From: an uncultured Candidatus Entotheonella sp.
Lineage (GTDB): Bacteria > Tectomicrobia > Entotheonellia > Entotheonellales > Entotheonellaceae
Direction: 5' to 3'
DNA: 64,000 bases
Assembly (NCBI GenBank): GCA_965217185.1
Contig: OZ244252.1
Span: forward strand, 416,001-480,000
Below the pieces are notes generated by a model. That model was not told where the DNA came from. It saw only the letters and a program-made list of their open reading frames with translations, and made no database searches. Positions 61,934-64,000 of the stretch are shown one piece after another. Made by a program: the position numbers and the translations under genes. How positions within the stretch are numbered: position 1 is the first letter of the stretch; each line of letters starts with the position of its first letter.

Positions 61934-63310
61934 TCACTGGGTGTTGACCGTCGCAATGACCGACATGCCCGGGCGCAGCATCACGCCGGGCGACGCTGAC
62001 GGCTCGATGCGAATTTTGACCGGCACGCGCTGCACGACCTTGACGAAGTTGCCGGTGGCGTTTTCGGGCGGCAACAGGCTGAAGATGGCGCCCGTTCCGG
62101 GGCTGAGGCTCTCTACGGTGCCGGAGAAGACCTCCTCGGGGTAGGCATCCACCCACAGAGTGGCGCGCTGTCCGGGACGCATGTGTTGCAGTTGGGTCTC
62201 CTTGAAATTGGCCTCTACCCATACTTCCTGCAGCGGCACTATCGCCAGCAACGGCCGGCCGGTCTGCACCACTTGTCCGATCTCCAGGTTTTTCTTGGCG
62301 ACCACACCGGCAACCGGCGCCTTCAGCGTGGTGTGTTGCAATTGCAGCCTAGCGTAGGCAAGGTCCGCCTCGGCCTGCTGCAGAAGGGCCTGCGCGACCT
62401 TGACCTCCGCTTGCTGGATGTCAACGCTTTGATGCTGCGCCTGCGAGCCCTCCAACCGGGCCTGCGCTTCTGCCACCCGGGCCTCCTCCTCCTGCACCAT
62501 CTCTTGCTGCTGGCGCAGGGCGAACTCGGCGGTTTCCAATTCGCTGCGCGCTCGCTGCAGGTGCTCTACCTTGGCTCGCTTCTCAGCCCTCGCCGCCTGC
62601 AGGGCACTGTTCGCCTGATCAAATTGCTGCTGCGCCACCACGCCGTCGTTCAAGAGATTTTCCACGCGCTCGAAGCCGGTCTGGGCCATGACAAGATGCA
62701 CGTCCTGGGTGTCCACGTCGGCCTCAGCAGCGGCCACGGCGGCCTCCCACGTGCGCAAATGCGCCTCGGCCTTTTCGGCGCCGTGCTGTGCCTCGCGCAG
62801 GGCGCTCTGGACGGCCAGCAGGGTGGCGCCGGTGCGGACCGTGTCATTGCTGGTGCTGTCCTGTGTCAATTGCACTTGCAGTTCGGCGCGCCGCAGGCGT
62901 GCTGCCGCTACCGCCACCATGGCTTCCACCTGGACAACCCGGGCAGCGAAATCGTCGGGGTCGAGTTCAGCCAACAGCTGGCCGTCTTCCACCTGCTGAT
63001 GTTCGGAGGCGTGCACGTTCATGACGGTGCCGCTGACGCGGGCGCTGATGGGCACGATATCGCCGGTCACATAGGCGTCATCGGTGGTTTCGTGTGTCTG
63101 ATAGTAGCGCCACAACTGCAGCCCATACGGGGTGCCGACAGCGATCAGGATGAGACATAGCAGAGGGCCGAGGACGCGCTTGCGCAGCCACGCGGGGCGG
63201 CTGCCGGCCAGCCGGGGTGCGTCGGCGGGGTCCTCATTCACGTCCTGTGGGGAAGTGGGGTTGGAAGCGTGCGTGCCGCCCGGTTGGGCGCCGTGGCTTT
63301 CTTCGGCCAT
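61934..63310 (-). CDS. emrA: HlyD/EmrA family membrane-fusion protein
   Basis: TDDAYV, ANFKETQL and FSLLPPENATGNFVKVVQRVPV motifs. Confidence 0.88.
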   Translation of the reverse strand: MAEESHGAQPGGTHASNPTSPQDVNEDPADAPRLAGSRPAWLRKRVLGPLLCLILIAVGTPYGLQLWRYYQTHETTDDAYVTGDIVPISARVSGTVMNVHASEHQQVEDGQLLAELDPDDFAARVVQVEAMVAVAAARLRRAELQVQLTQDSTSNDTVRTGATLLAVQSALREAQHGAEKAEAHLRTWEAAVAAAEADVDTQDVHLVMAQTGFERVENLLNDGVVAQQQFDQANSALQAARAEKRAKVEHLQRARSELETAEFALRQQQEMVQEEEARVAEAQARLEGSQAQHQSVDIQQAEVKVAQALLQQAEADLAYARLQLQHTTLKAPVAGVVAKKNLEIGQVVQTGRPLLAIVPLQEVWVEANFKETQLQHMRPGQRATLWVDAYPEEVFSGTVESLSPGTGAIFSLLPPENATGNFVKVVQRVPVKIRIEPSASPGVMLRPGMSVIATVNTQ

Positions 63311-63581
63311 TATGTTGACTCCATGAGGGGCGCCCCCGGTTCCTGAGGGACGCGATTTTGTGCGCGCCAGTGTTGGCGGGCAACCGCAAATAAAGTGCTC
63401 TTGTCCAGGATTGAATCTTCAATTGTACCAGCAGCGAGTTCCCGGCATGGGGACGAATAGTATTCTGTATGCAGACGGGATTGCAAACCGCGGTCACCGT
63501 CCCTATTGACTTTTGCCGGGAAGTCCAAACAATAACGCCCCGGCACTATCGCAATCATCCCCCGCCGCCAGGAGGCAGCCC

Positions 63582-64000
63582 ATGGCCGCAGTCGCGCAAT
63601 CTCAACGTTACGGATGGAAATCGCTGCTGCTGGCGTGCCTGTTGACGGTTTGCTGCAATTCCGTCATGGCAGCCGGGGGCACGCTGAAAGTTATCCCGCA
63701 CGCCGACCTGAAAAATACCGATCCGATCTGGACCACCGCCTACATCACCCGCAACCACGGCTACATGATTTACGACACGCTGTTCTCGCTGGACGCCGAC
63801 CTGCAGCCGCAGCCGCAGATGGTGGACACCTGGACCGTCAGTGACGACGGCCTGATCTACACGTTCACCCTGCGCGATGGGTTGCGGTGGCACGACGACG
63901 CACCCGTGCGGTCGGCGGATTGTGTGGCGTCCATCCAGCGCTGGGGCAAGCGCGACGGCATGGGCCAGAAGCTGCTCGAATTTACCCAATCCCTCACCGT
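63582..64000 (+). CDS. Peptide/nickel ABC transporter substrate-binding protein (family 5), partial
   Basis: Manual translation: MAAVAQ...LKVIPHADLKNTDPIWTTAYITRNHGYMIYDTLF...YTFTLRDGLRWHD; runs off the window end. Confidence 0.9.
   Translation, partial: MAAVAQSQRYGWKSLLLACLLTVCCNSVMAAGGTLKVIPHADLKNTDPIWTTAYITRNHGYMIYDTLFSLDADLQPQPQMVDTWTVSDDGLIYTFTLRDGLRWHDDAPVRSADCVASIQRWGKRDGMGQKLLEFTQSLT

Noticed and set aside
63310..63558. 82-aa ORF upstream of emrA
   Set aside because: It occupies a divergent promoter region and shows no recognisable protein features.

Overview
GC-rich bacterial chromosome segment with about 45 genes; no rRNA, intact tRNA or CRISPR array was seen. Housekeeping and metabolic genes: lpdA (partial), tldD-pmbA, ppc, moeA, korAB, acnA, a DAHP synthase, cobS, ABC transporter components, two LLM-class oxidoreductases and a Fur-family regulator. 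Accessory loci: (i) two paralogous OmpJ-like porins flanking a small Ig-like protein; (ii) a low-GC ABC-type ATPase plus TOPRIM-like (DUF3226-like) pair resembling an anti-phage or toxin-antitoxin module; (iii) a tungsten aldehyde oxidoreductase-type operon (FeS, FAD and AOR subunits, MoaD, four-domain rhodanese); (iv) a ~13 kb island bracketed by two related MITE-like elements, holding an IS5 remnant and a ~10.7 kb surface-protein gene (dockerin, 9 RCC1-like repeats, ~22 CARDB repeats, Big_2 domains) broken by three frameshifts and one in-frame amber stop; (v) two dispersed paralogs of an HsdR-N-type nuclease. The gene content suggests a Gram-negative host-associated bacterium, possibly a sponge symbiont such as Ca. 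Tectomicrobia, but this is unverified inference. All family calls come from motif recognition by eye; no database searches were run.
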